A stretch of DNA of 64,000 nucleotides from Phoronis australis (Eukaryota > Animalia > Phoronida): assembly GCA_002633005.1 (NCBI GenBank), contig NMRA01000227.1:114695-178694 (forward strand), read 5' to 3'. Of the stretch, positions 1 to 14,000 are shown one piece after another; position 1 is the stretch's first letter; the number at the start of each line of letters is the position of its first letter. The translations under genes were made by a program, and so were the position numbers. The notes under the pieces are model-generated. The model saw only the letters and a program-made list of their open reading frames with translations. It was not told where the DNA came from and made no database searches.

Positions 1-275
1 CTTAACGATGCCCGTACACTGAAATGTGTCATCTGTTTTCTAGATATCAACCGGAAAGGCTCTTCTCACAAAAATACAAAAAACCATGCACCCCTGACCC
101 CAGGGGGGTGGCGCAGATTGAAAGGTGGCATGAACCGTTCTATTGATGCCCTACACCCTTGTGTCAAATTTCATCACAATTCGACTAGAGCGGACACCCA
201 AACAACTGGACAACTGGACAACCGGACAAAGCGACAGCAATATGCGACCACACATTTATATAAGGGCACATAAAA
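1..275 (-). mobile_element. Fragment of Helentron-associated (HINE/DINE-1-like) element
   Basis: The reverse strand begins TTTTTATGTGCCCTTATATAAATGTGGTCGCATATTGCTGTC followed by GTCC-like repeats, resembling the heads of the elements at 54523 and 63704. Confidence 0.5.
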
Positions 276-408
276 AAGAAGTACGTACCCAACAGGAAAT
301 GGTTAACAGTACGACAGAAAGGGACTAACACAAACACCTGTCCTTATTAATTTACCATGGGTAAGAGTTTAATGCCATTACCAAAGTGAAAGATTATCTA
401 TTACTCAC

Positions 409-3400
409 AATGATGTTGAGGTGGCCCTTCTGGCAGGCAAGATGGAGAGGCGTTGAGCCGTGGTAGTCTGTGGCATTGACAACAGAGCCCTTTTCAATTA
501 GACTAGACACTATATTGGCATGGCCGTGTAGTGAGGCCACATGCAGAGCTGCGGTGGAATTGAGTGAATAGGGACTTTAGCGTTAGAATTCAGTGAAAAC
601 ATAAACTATCATGTTAAGGTAATTGTCAATATTCATGGAATCATAAACTTCAATATTCACATGCTATAATACGTATTATCTAACATTACATCTACATATC
701 ATTTCATTGCTACCCATAACATTTCTTCAGACGCATTATTTGCATACCAAATACACCAGATGTTTCAGACAACTTCTGATTTCAATTACATAACAAAGCT
801 TTTCGACCTTTTAATCTTCAACTCACTTAGGATATGTATCGATTCACTCGAAATTTTACACAATTATTTAATGGGCTATGGCCGAGAGAACAGAGCCTAT
901 TTGCACATTTGATTTTATTTAAAACAATGGAAAGATCAGCAATCAAAGTGATGGCTTGCGACATTTGACTTTGATCTGTGTTATCTTTACTGTTTGAGGG
1001 TAAATCAAAATCTTGAGATCATTTCCCTATGTATTGATATAGTATCATGTAGATCAAACACAAAGTTGCCCAGAGCCATTTTTTATCGATTCTTGTTAAA
1101 AGCAAAAATGACAATTTTAACTAAAAAATGGCGATCGCGTGCGACACTGAACAACTGTGGCAAAGTTTTAACGCATGAACTAAAATTTTCAGTCATCGAG
1201 GATTCAGAAAATACAGCACTAAAAGGATTGAAAATGGGTAATTAGATGTCATTTGAGGAAATTAATAAGAACTTAAGAAGATTGACAATTACCTTAAGGC
1301 CTTCAACGGTAACACCTGTAAATTAGGTTCCTACAGTATGTTAATAAGAGCATTGCTCCGAGACCACTAGTGCCATAAACTGCCAAATGTAACGAACTGT
1401 TAGGCGTAGTGGCTTGCTTTTGTCTACATCACCGCGAGAATCACCTTTTAATTCAAACAGCTGCAAATAACACCCGCACCCAATGGTGTTCTGTTCAGAC
1501 CCCTATTCAATACAACCTTGTGTTGTTTGTGCTGGGATCTCGCGGTGACGCAACAAGGCACGAAAAGGCAGCTTCACTTATCATTTGACGGGCCTACATT
1601 TGCGTGATTGAACTCGCGTTTCCTCATTTTACTAAGACTTTGCTGGACTATGTGGTTAGCTCAATACACCTAAAATAACGAAATTTCATTGAAGTTAGGC
1701 TTTAATTGAAGGGTTTACACAGCTGAGGGTAGTTACGCTAGTACACCCTGTTGCAAAAGAACCACAATTTGGATATAACAGTCACTTGAACAAATGGGCA
1801 AATATTAACGATTACTAAAAATCAGTTATGATGAAAAAGAATGTACCACGTTTTATATTTTATCCATAGTCAATAAAACTCCTGGTGTACATTGTTCATG
1901 GCAGATAGTTTGACTGTAAGCAATATTTCTAGTTGGAAACAGAAATAGTACAGTGAATAGATATGGATGACAGGAGTGACTCAACAGACCTGTAAAACCC
2001 CGGTCATCACGAGAGAAGACCGTCACCACAGCGTCATCATCCCTCAGTTTAGACTTGAGTGCTTCACAGTTATCACAGGAGCAAAGCGGATGACACAGGT
2101 TCTGTTTAATGTCTTCTGCCTGCATCTGATTGACAGCTAACATCTGTAGCAGCTGGTCGTGATCCCCCTCCATGGCCAACTGTATGCACACAGTTTTATT
2201 AAGCAATAATTTCATACCCATATATGAATAAGACAGTATGCATTTAACAAAATAGGCATTTCAATAAATACTCATAAACACTTTTTCATCCCATACTTCC
2301 AAGCACTGCAGTCCAATGGACCCACCTTCCAAAATGTTTAGTGACCAGAAATGATTACACCGACGAAGAATGACAATACTTCAATCAAAAAAAATATGGA
2401 ACTAAACACAACAATAAAACATTTTTGTTTCTTTAGTTTAATTTCTTACAACTTATCAAAATTATATCTAAGGTGACACACCCATGAACTCAACATGCAT
2501 CCTTTTCAGCTCAATTGCATCAACTGATGCTAAAAACAGCCTCCGGTGAACACTACACAAAAGTTTAACACGTACAACGTTGCCAATAAAAGTGATATTT
2601 TGCCTAACCTAAACTATAACTAAGTTTGAAACAAAAGTTCTTCACCAGTTAAGAAAGTGCAATAGAACTGATTACTATAATGACATTTTGCCTAAACTAA
2701 ATTATAATTAAGTTTGAAATCAAAGTTTCTTCACGAGTTAAGAAAGCAGCTTCTCAGAAACTCAGAAATGAATGTCACAGCAGACAGTCTTCCTGCCCAT
2801 AAAATCTCATTAAATTCAGTCAATATCCCAGTAAGATAAAAAACTAGGTCCATGATTAACTTAGTTACACACACAATTAACTGGAGACACCATGCTTTTA
2901 TTCATAGGAATGCAATGTATCGTTTGGTTTACATGAATATTTCCTTTGCTGAAAAATGGCAATAAAAAATTTGAATTCTAATTCACAAATATAGTAATAA
3001 TTAATTAAGAAAAATCTTTTGGCACAGTAGACATCAATATACAATACCTGGAAAAATTTTTCAATGCCTTGATTACTAGACGAGCCACTCAACTGTCTTT
3101 GTGGGGTCTTCATTTCCATGTTGAATTTCTATAACAAGAAAACCAGAGCTCTTTAAGCACATCTCAAACCTTATTCACAAATAGCCATTTTTACAATATT
3201 TCGCATAAGTCTAGCAAACCTATTACCGGTAATCTTCATTCTCGGGGAACCTTTAATACGAAATAAATACCATGCAGCGAGAAAAAAAAAATTAGCAGAA
3301 CCCCCTCCCTGACCTTCAACCACATGGAAATTTGTTAACTTTGCACCCAAGGTCAAAGGTTACAGAACAGTCACTCAAATCAAATCTTCCGCTTGGCTTG

Positions 3401-5042
3401 TACACTTCCCATTCACTAATTGGCCGAAAGATTGAGTTAACAAGGTGTACATAGCATGGAAAGACGCCGCAGAAAATGAAGATAAAATGTATTTTTGATC
3501 CGCTGTTTCGATATCGTCCTCGCGGTACTTTCTCGATTCCTATTCTACATTTTGTACTTGGTTTCTTTGAGTCACCCCGGCGCATGCTTCGGCATGTGTT
3601 GTGTACTAGTATTTTTAAAAGGTCAAGAGGTAAACTCCTCCCTAACCAAGTTTCACTTGATTCATTGTCAACCAACTTTAAAAAATTAGTGATAATTAAA
3701 TTAATTATGCACTGCAAATTTAGTTGACATTAAGAGTGAATGTTCAAATAGCTAACAAGATAGTAGCATACATATACTGAGGATAAATAAGTTTTCACCG
3801 AATAGTTGATCGGAAACCTTCACATTTTCACGACTTTTCTCAGCTTCGACTAATCGACTTGAATTGAACTAAGGAATACGAGTTCTTGAAAACGACTAGC
3901 TGAATTTCACTGAAACTTTCCAATTTTTTAAAATACTAAAATATTTATTCACCAGTCTCTAAAACGGTGTTTAGATTTTTTGAATGCCTTGTTTTTGCTA
4001 CCACAAGGCAAAAGCGTTAGCGGACCAAGGGGATATTTTGCTATGAATGTACCTTTCTTAAAAATGAAATTTTGACTTAAAAAGTTGATAATATAACAAT
4101 AATAAAGGCCCATTAATACAAACTATATTTTTTTAATCTCTAATCTTTTTTCTTTCAGAAAATAGATCCCTGTACAAGTTGACATTGCCTGTTTTTTGAC
4201 ATTTGAGTTAAAATTGAGGTCACTAAGGTTTGAGATAACATTCTTGAAACTTAGTTTTTAGTGTTTCCACTGTTGTCAGAAATATCATTATTTAAAGAAT
4301 ACAAAATACAGGACACATTGATTAATATCAAAATTTTGGCAACGTATACATTATCTTTATTTGTGCTGTTTTCAACGTGCTATCTCCAACATTGAAAAAC
4401 TTTTACGTGAAACAAAGGCTACGCACTCATTAAAAACTTAAACTAGGCAAAGGCGAAAAAGAACAGAGTGTACCATGCTGGTTAAAGTTATGTGTGCTGT
4501 AACGAACACAGCTCAGATAATGTTGAGAATCAGACCTGGACAAGATTCATAGGATGTTGAGAATCAGATCTGAACAAGATTCAGATAATATTGAGAATCA
4601 GACCTGAACAAGAACAGTTCAGATTTTGTTGAGAATCAGATCTGACCAACAGTTTAGAAGTAAAGAAGACAATGCTGAGAGACACTCATGACACTGCATT
4701 GTGTATTACTGTGAAGAATGCTGACAGGCAATTATGATGCTCCACGGCTATTCATACAAACCCTTGACTTCTCTCGCCATTTCTTGTCAAGCTGACCACT
4801 TCTCACATACTCAATGGCAGCCTCCATACTGGCCAAATAAAACCTGAAAGATGAAGTAACATATTAAGAATGCTCTTCTCAACACAAGGTTCTGGAGTGC
4901 TGTGACAACATGACATTATTACAAATGAACTGTGTAACTATCTCCATCCTATGCACCAGCAGCATCAGCAGCATCATCAGCAGCATCAGCATCATCAGCA
5001 GCATCATCAGCATCAGCAGCAGCAGCATCAGCAGCAGCAGAA

Positions 5043-5075
<33 letters not shown>

Positions 5076-8000
5076 GAAGCAGCATCAGCAGCAGCATCAG
5101 CAGCAGCATAAGCATCAGCAGCAGCAGCAGCAGCATCAGCAGCAGCATCAGCAGCAGCAGCAGAAGCAGCAGCAACGTCAAGCGAATTAAATTACTTGAA
5201 TTAAAACAAATGAATACGTCACAATAAACATTTCATTAGAGTTGCCAAATAAGAACGCTATTTTTGTAATGTGTTCGCTCAACAACAAATTAAAGTAAAG
5301 AATGTCCAGCATCTCTATTAGTAACAACAACAGCACTGTAAAAATCCTAATTTCCAAGTTCTGACCACACTGAACGTGTTAAAAACACAATAACCCATTC
5401 TTAATGCAGGCAGTGCATGTATATAGTTTCCCAATTTTCCTAGAGATGGCGTTCTCAACCACCTAGTGCCTCAGTTATATTTTTAGGGCGTTGTCTCGGG
5501 GTTAAGTCATGATTTAAGCAACCCCCCTTTCGATACTATTATTTCCATTGGTTGTGTAAGTTGAGATACTGTCTGGGCAAATCAGCTTTCTAGGTTTTCG
5601 CGGAGTATTTAAACGTCCGAACAAGCACCAGTTGCCTTATTCTCTCCTGGATTGTCATATGTATTGTATGTTGATTACCAGACTGTTTTGAGGCAAACGC
5701 TGTAAGTATACATTTGTTTATCGTTCAACGTTAGATACCGATGTTTTGGATAGCTGTGCATTTGTAGTTTGCGTTTTGTCAGCTGTAGACTGGACTATTA
5801 TTATGCAGACCTAGACATGCCGTTACGTTGCAACCATTGTGCTTTTTGGTAGTCAATTATTATGTTTACAGATTTCTTGTTGTATTCATATTTCTATTTT
5901 GTGAACTAGTTTTGCAAAGTGCTACAACAGTTGTCTATACGAGTTGTACTGCCTTGGAACTTTAGGGGTTTATTCCGCCATGTTTTTTCCTGAGTTTGTA
6001 TTTCCTCAAGTGCAGTTTCCGTTAGACGTTAATTGAACATTACGTAGAAGGTGTAACGATATCGTGGTGGTTGCATAATACTAATGGTAAAGTTTAGACT
6101 TAGTAACTTAGACTGTTTTTTGTAAACGTTTCAGATAACCGATATGAAAACCGATACAATACGATGTATCAACGATAAACGACGAACGTAATAAAGTATA
6201 TCGAGTTGTAGACGCCTCTTTCTCTATTGCATCAACGTTTGAGCAGCAATACCCATGGTAAGTATTTAGCTGTTCACTTTCATCCTACACCTGCTGATGT
6301 CGAAAGTTTACGTGAGATCTATGAACAATACTGCGCATTACTACAGACTACACACGAGATAAAGTAATTACAAGCAACCCATTTTTGTTAAAAACTTCCG
6401 TTGCACAGAGGAACCCTTACTAAGGATATTACAAAGCTATTTTAGTGAAGTTGTAGAGATTCTCTCAAAGTAACTACGGAGACTTACTGAAATTCATCAT
6501 TAGTGGTGCTGGCTGCAAATCTAAATTTAGTCATATAGGCCAGGTTGGCCAGCCAGTTAGGGATGTCAGCCTTGACCACAAGGAACACCAAAATGGGCAA
6601 CAGGTCATCAGAGGTCATGGCTTGGTCAGCATCTGAAATGGATAAGGGCCAAGTGGTGAGACAAACCTGTCAGGACATTGTGTGTTCTTCTGGTAAAGGA
6701 AGAGAAAAACATTTGATCTGGAGACTGTTCTAGCTTGCAGGACACCAAGAATTCCTTCCAGATAGAAGAAATTGACATGAAAAGAAATTGTTGCCAGTAC
6801 AAAAACTTTTGACTGTGTATAAATATTATATTACATTATTTCTCATTACTACAAAGTACAAGGTGCAGACTCAATGGCAACTTACTACAAGTGCCATCTG
6901 TTGTCAGTGACTGTGTTAAAGTACTGATGACTCTCTTTAGGCAGGACAGTTTACCAAGTGGCGTGGAGTAACGTATAAGGAAGCCCAACTCTGTACGAGC
7001 CTTCGGGATTGTCCTCCTAGAAAATAATTTGATATTTTGTAACTCAAAGATACCGGCCAGTGCACAGTAAATGCAACTTTACGTTAATATACACATGTAC
7101 AATGAAGGTAACTCAAAGATGCTAGGAACCAACCCTTGATAAGAAGCCTAGTTTTGATTTACTTTAGATTTACTGCTATCAAACTGACTTATTCCTAACT
7201 CTGATAAAAAGCATCTGGCCTTAGAAGAACTGACAGTTCCTTAGTGATTAAGGCCATGCTGGGCTCATGAACTAAGTCATCAGGCCATGCTGGGCTCATG
7301 AACTAAGTCACCAGGCCATGCTGGGCTCATGAACTAAGTCACCAGGCAATGCTGGACTCATGAACTAAGTCACCAGGCAATGCTGGGCTCATGAACTAAG
7401 TCACCAGGCAATGCTGGGCTCATGAACTAAGTCACCAGGCCATGCTGGGCTCATATACTAAGTCACCAGGCCATGCTGGGCTCATGACCTAAGTCACCAG
7501 GCCATGCTGGACTCATAAACTAAGCCCCCAGGCCATGCTGGACTCATAAACTAAGTCACCAGGCTACGCTGGACTAAGTCACCAGGCCATGCTGGACTCA
7601 TAAACTAAGTCACCAAGCCATGCTGGACTCATGAACTAAGCCACCAGGCCATACTGGACTCATAAACTAAGTCACCAGGCCATGCTGGACTCATAAACTA
7701 AGTCACCAGGCCATGCTGGGCTCATGAACTAAGCCACCAGGCCATGCTGGACTCATAAACTAAGTCACCAGGCCATGCTGGGCTCATATACTAAGTCACC
7801 AGGCCATGCTGGGCTCATAAACTAAGTCACCAGACCACGCCGGACTCATAAACTAAGTCACCAGGCCATGCTGGATTCATGAACTAAGTCACCAGGCCAT
7901 GCTGGACTCCTAAACTAAGTCACCAGGCCAGACCAACTTGATGAATCTGGTCTCACAATAACAAGCTGTCACACCTTCACAAGCTCAGAAATCAATTCTA

Positions 8001-11000
8001 ATCTGAATAGAGAGGATGTGCTTTTAAAAAAGTAAGTGGTCTCAATAGTTAGCTTTCTGATACAAAGCAGACCAGCTTTAAAATTTTGTTTTGTTTGAAT
8101 TTTAAAGAGCTCCGTAATGCGAAAAACAGACTAGACTAAGTTGCATTATTTAAAGTGGTTCTCTGCCACTGAAACGTAATTCTACCTATTTAATAAATAT
8201 TTTTGCAGTTTGTTCGTAAAAATTTGAATTTTTATTGATGCCAAAGCATTTGTCTTTTAGTTTTGAATTTCAAAAAGGCCTGTCAAGTGCTTGTCACTTC
8301 ATCAATTTCTTCCCTCAAGGCAAAGCACATCTCGTTATTTGGCATGGCAAGACATTGATCTAGCACATTTCCCTTACATGTACAATGTGACCTTTGACCT
8401 TTGATGCACACAAAACAGAGGCAACTTCAAGCAGCAACAACTTCTATTAAGAGGTAATAGAAGTTAGTGCTAACTGTTTAAAATTAGTTACAAAGGTATC
8501 AAAGTACTCATTGCACACGTCATTGTTTTTAGGAAATCGCTTGCTTCACTGGCGTGTCTCATACTGTGCTGTTGACCTGATTTGGACTGCAATCACATAT
8601 CAAAATCTGTCGTTAATATCCATCTTGATAATCAGCTGTTTTTTGACTGACTGTGAGCGCATTTGTGCATTTATCAAAAATAGGAGGGACATTAGAAACA
8701 CAGTAGTGACTACAGTTTTTCTTAGTGCACATTTCAAAAATCAGGAAACTCCTTCAAATGGGAAAGTGAATAACTGTAGTCGCTGTTGCATGATGGTACT
8801 TTCGTCAGGAATAGTTTAAAAGATAACTTTGACGAGCTTTAGCATTCCATGCCTCTTTAACTGCTCAAGAACATATTAATTTTTAGGGAAAACAAGATCA
8901 GAATGCACAGAATCATTAAAGCAATATTTGAGCTCTTGGTGTAGAGCAGCAGAGGAGCATATAAAGATCTCAAGATTTCATTTTTAAATGTTATGATTAT
9001 TATATTTATTGCACAAAACACATTGAACTGCAGTTAACAAGCACATAAACAACAAGGCATTGTATCTAGGTTGGAGAAATAATCTAGTTTAGGTAATTAA
9101 AATAAAAGTCAAGTGTAACTCACAATATATACAAATGAACTACATTGATGATGGACTGATTCATTGTGATCAATAATTTAACACATGTCTATGGATAAAT
9201 GAGACACAGGGAATTTAGGCCAGTCAGTATTAGACCTGATGAGCAACAAACATCATTCAAAGTAGTCAAGAGCACCCTAATATAAAAAGAAATTAGTTTA
9301 TCATGGAAATGATCAAGATTAAGATTGCAGCTAACAAAAATCTTATTTTATATCTAGCCTAGTGGAGGAGCTCAAAGATAGTTATATGTACAACGCGAGT
9401 ACAACGCGAGTACAATGTGAGTACAACGTGAGTACAATGTGAGTACAACTGAGTATATGGAAGTGGAAGCTCCTTTCAGCTTCACTGAGTATAAAGTTAA
9501 ATATGGCCGTCCAAATTTGTGTAACTTTGACATTTTAACTACATATCGCTTCCTTTAACTAAATGCCATCATCGTCGCAATCATCGCATATTAGTTCAAT
9601 CATAAAACAATGAAGGATAAAAAATGAACATTTAGTGAAACGCAAACTTACTTGAACTCAGGGCGGATGTTGAGTTCTTTAAACTGTAGATCGGCAAGAT
9701 TTCGGTTGACTTTGTTAAATGACGCATCTTGCTTGGCATAGTACGTGCATATGCCCTTAAAAACTTTCTTGTAAACAAAATGGAGTACATAGGTCTGAAA
9801 ATAAGTTACGATAAAATACAAATTAAAGGAAGAAAGCAGAACAACACAATTAGACTTTACTTCCCCAACCCATTGAAACAAAAAGACCACTCCACTAACA
9901 CAATGATTTAAACATAACAACCGGTCAATTGGTCTCACACAGAGGTTAAGTATTGTTATCTCACAGTGTATACACTTGGTGTCGACACAAATTTAGTAAA
10001 ACACAACAACCGGTCAACTGGTCTTGTGCAGAGGTCAGAGTTAATGATTGACCTGTCACAGTGTATACAGTTGGTGAAAGAGAAAATACTGGTTCTAAGA
10101 CACTTTGAAACATTGCTGTGAGTTCCTTAATAGCTGTGAGATTCTAGTGTGCAGAATGCCATCATTATATACCTCTACTGCCACTTTTATCTTGTCCATG
10201 TAAGCCTTGTTATGTCGTGCATTGGCTTTCTGAGAAGAAAGAACAAATTAAAGTAGCCACATCAATGCTGCAATGTTCAAACGTTGAACAGTGAAAATGA
10301 CTGGAATTATCGACAGTAATACATCAATGAATAGTCAAGATTGTGCGAGTGTCACGTTTAGTGTTCAACATGTTCATTAACAGAAAGAGACACAGGTGTC
10401 TATGAGGACCTGGACAATTTCTTTACGAAATTAATTCAAAGAAAAAAATAGTAAAAATAACAAGAAATGTGGACTTGTCTGAAATGCTAATGCACAACGT
10501 GCGACTCCCAATAGCAGAGATTTCCAAAAAAATTGTAAAAGGAAAGAGAACCAGAAGGGCCCTCTTGTAAACTAGGTCCAAAAAAGCACACCTGGATAGT
10601 CTTTAGGGATTGCATTGCATGTCTGGCACATGCATACAAAATATGGGAATGATATCATTATTAATTAAAAGGGTAGTTAAAAGCTAATAATTTCAAGTCT
10701 TATCCAAAAGTCCCAAAATGTTTTCACTCATAAAACGATATAATGTCCCTTTAATACAACTTTCTTCTAAGAGAAGCAATGCAAGCTCTTCTCAGGTCCA
10801 ACATCATCTCTGGAAAAATTGGAGGGCTCTATTGGAAGTCCCTGGTACACTTATGGTACTCCTATAAGATGCCTGAACAAAACATTAGTTGTTTGCCTCA
10901 GTCTGTTGTCTAAAGCAATTGTACAAACCTCGTCCACATGTCACACACAGTGAAAAGCAGAGGAAGAATTGTGTGAGCATTTGGCATATATGCATATTAT

Positions 11001-14000
11001 TAAGTTTTCACTAAGTTTCATAATACTTTCACATTCACCCTTAAAAGCAATTCTACAAGGAAATTTTTGAAGTTTTGGTGAAAAACTTACTAAATAAGAA
11101 TCTTTCATTACAATTTGGACGGCTTTGGTGAACAGAGTTTGAGTAGCATCCTGTAAAAAGTGAATGAAAATGAGACAAGTGCCTTCACTGTACAAATATT
11201 AGTTCACACATTAATGTGAACTTAGTTGTGACACTAGATACTGCATTAGAATCACTCCACACAGAATATGATACTAAATAGTTTTACAAACTCTTGTTAA
11301 ACACAAAGTGGGGACCAGTTGTCATGGTGCCACTTGCTTCACTGAAGCCACATTTACACCAACATCAGATCACAAACTGGATCAGCACCAGTCAAGTACA
11401 CCAAGACTGTCTGCGCATGCTCGCATAAACAATAGCGAACGTCCAAACCACATGGAATGCTAGCAAACCACCCGTATATACACTATTGCGCAAGTGTAAC
11501 AGAGATGATCCCTCCTATCTTGCCCCAGTTTGTGTTCAGACGAGTAGTCAAAACTGAAGCAACCCATTGAGTGCAAGTTGCTCTCCTTCTCATACCGGTA
11601 TCAAAAATGGCCGCTCAACAAATTTCGTGTCAGTCGTCTTTACACAAACACTTGCACTTGATCAACTGTTCCATTTTAGTTGCTATGCAACAACCGTCTA
11701 CCATGTAAATGTGGCTTGAGTGTATCAGTATTACAAAAACTGGTAATTTTGTGCAATCAGAAACTGTAAAATACACTGTCTTTTAATTATTGTACTTGTC
11801 TAAGGGTTATGAAGGACCTTGTCTAAGGGTTATGAAGGACCTTCTCTAAGGGTTATGAAGGACCTTGTCTAAGTGTTATGAAGGACCTTGTCTAAGGGTT
11901 ATGAAGGACCTTGTCTAAGGATTATGAAGGACCTTGTCTAAGGATTATGAAGGACCTTGTCTAAGTGTTATGAAGGGTCCATGTGTCTGTGTATGCAATA
12001 GCCAACTGTACATTTTAACTCAGTAAAAGTTTATGTTTTTTGAAAGTAAAAAGCCTGTAACATTTCATTTTTGACTTCAAACCAATCACTTATTAATTGG
12101 GTCACATGATCATGTATTTTTAGTAAAATTTAGCAAAAAGGAAAGGTATCAATAACAGGACCAACTTTTGTTCGATATACGCAAGATGAAATCTCAAAAA
12201 CACTGTTACAGTTATCTCAATTATCATTTCATTTTCATTCTATGCAACATTTGAACTTTTTCATGAAAATGATAAAGTCCAATTTCTTGATCGCCCCTCG
12301 TGCAAAAGTGAAACTTTAAAAACAATTCCTACGGTGTTTTAGAGAACAGTGCAAACAGCATGGGGTCTGAAAGTTTCATTTGAATGTGACCAGCCATTTT
12401 TGAGAAATGATGTTCTGATCTTTGTCAAATCTGGCCATTTTTGAGACATGATGTTCTGATCTTTGTCAAATCTGGCCATTTTTCGAAGATTTCTACATAA
12501 CTTAAATGGTGATACTCTAATGATCCTGTTTGTACATGTGAACAATTAATGATTAGTTACAACCGCCAACTCACAATATGATGCCTCAGTGATGCAATGT
12601 CTGATCTGTAGTTTTTTATAAATAAATCCAAGAGTTTCGTTAACTGCTTTTGTGACTTGTCCGTGTCTGAAAGTAAAAGAACCATTAACGACTCAACAGA
12701 CTTTGCATGTATGTGCAACTTACTTAGTAAGCCAGGCTACCAACTTCTCAGACGCATTTCATGGACATAGACATAGAAGGGAATAAAATATGACAAAATT
12801 ATCTCTGACCATTTTCTTACATTATGGGCGACTCGAAAGTTACTGGGTGGCACAAGTAAGAGAACAGTCTTACTTGTAAATATGCATTCAAGTAGTCACG
12901 AGGGACATTCACTCCACAGGTGTATACATGCATGTAGTCACATGGGACATTCACTCCATATGTAGTCACGAGGGACATTCACTCCACAGGTGCATGCATG
13001 CAGGTAGTCGTGTGGGACATTCAGTCCATAAGTGTACGCATACAAGTAGTCACATGGGACATTCACTCCATATGTAGTCACGAGGGACATTCACTCCATA
13101 TGTAGTCACGTGGGACATTCACTCCACAGGTGCATCCATGCAGGTAGTCGTGTGGGACATAAGTGTACGCATACAAGTAGTCACATGGGACATTCACTAC
13201 ACAAGTGTGTGTAAGCAGGTAGTCACATGGGACATTCAGTCCATAAGTGTACGTATGTAAGCAGTCACGTGGGACATTCACTCAACAGGTGTATACATGC
13301 AGGTAGTCCAGCGGAACATTCACTCCATAGGTGTATACATGCAGGTAGTCATGTGGGACATTCACTACACAGTAGTCAGACATGTGGGACAAAAACACCC
13401 ACATGCTTATGAACTGCTTTCTGCTTTTAATTTATTCAGATGTTGAATATTAAGTGGCCCATTACTTACATGGAAATCAAATAAACAGCAGTTTTTAAAT
13501 GAAAAACCTTGATGACAGTGAAATACGTGGAGAGGGACAGAAGTCAGTGAAAAATCAACCAAAAAGTCAGTTTGAATAAGAGCTACAAAGACGAGCAGAA
13601 ATATTGACGATAACAGCTGCAGGAAATAAAAAAATGTGAACTGTGTTTACAGGTATATACCTAAACGCATTTACAGGTATATGTACCTGAACTGTATTTA
13701 CAGGTATATACTTGAACTGCGTTTACAGGTATATGTAACTGACGTGTTTACATGTTCATCAGTGGTTACATACCTCCATGTGAAGTGTTTACATGTTCAT
13801 CAGTGGTTACATACCTCCATGTGAAGTGTTTACATGTTCATCAGTGGTTACATACCTCCATGTGAAGTGTTTACAAATTCATCAGTGGTTACATACCTGC
13901 ATGTGAAGTGTTTACAAGTTCATCAGTAGATACATACCTCCATGCCCAAACAACAGATCTGTGCAGTCATCAAAAGTTTGAAGGGTTGTGAATGGAACTG

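Noticed and set aside
3316-3727. Overlapping 64-133 aa ORFs in an ANKRD27 intron
   Set aside because: No recognisable motifs; probably non-coding repeat interior.
4879-5227. PolyQ, polyS and polyL ORFs
   Set aside because: Translations of an intronic microsatellite; the ANKRD27 exon chain is complete without them.
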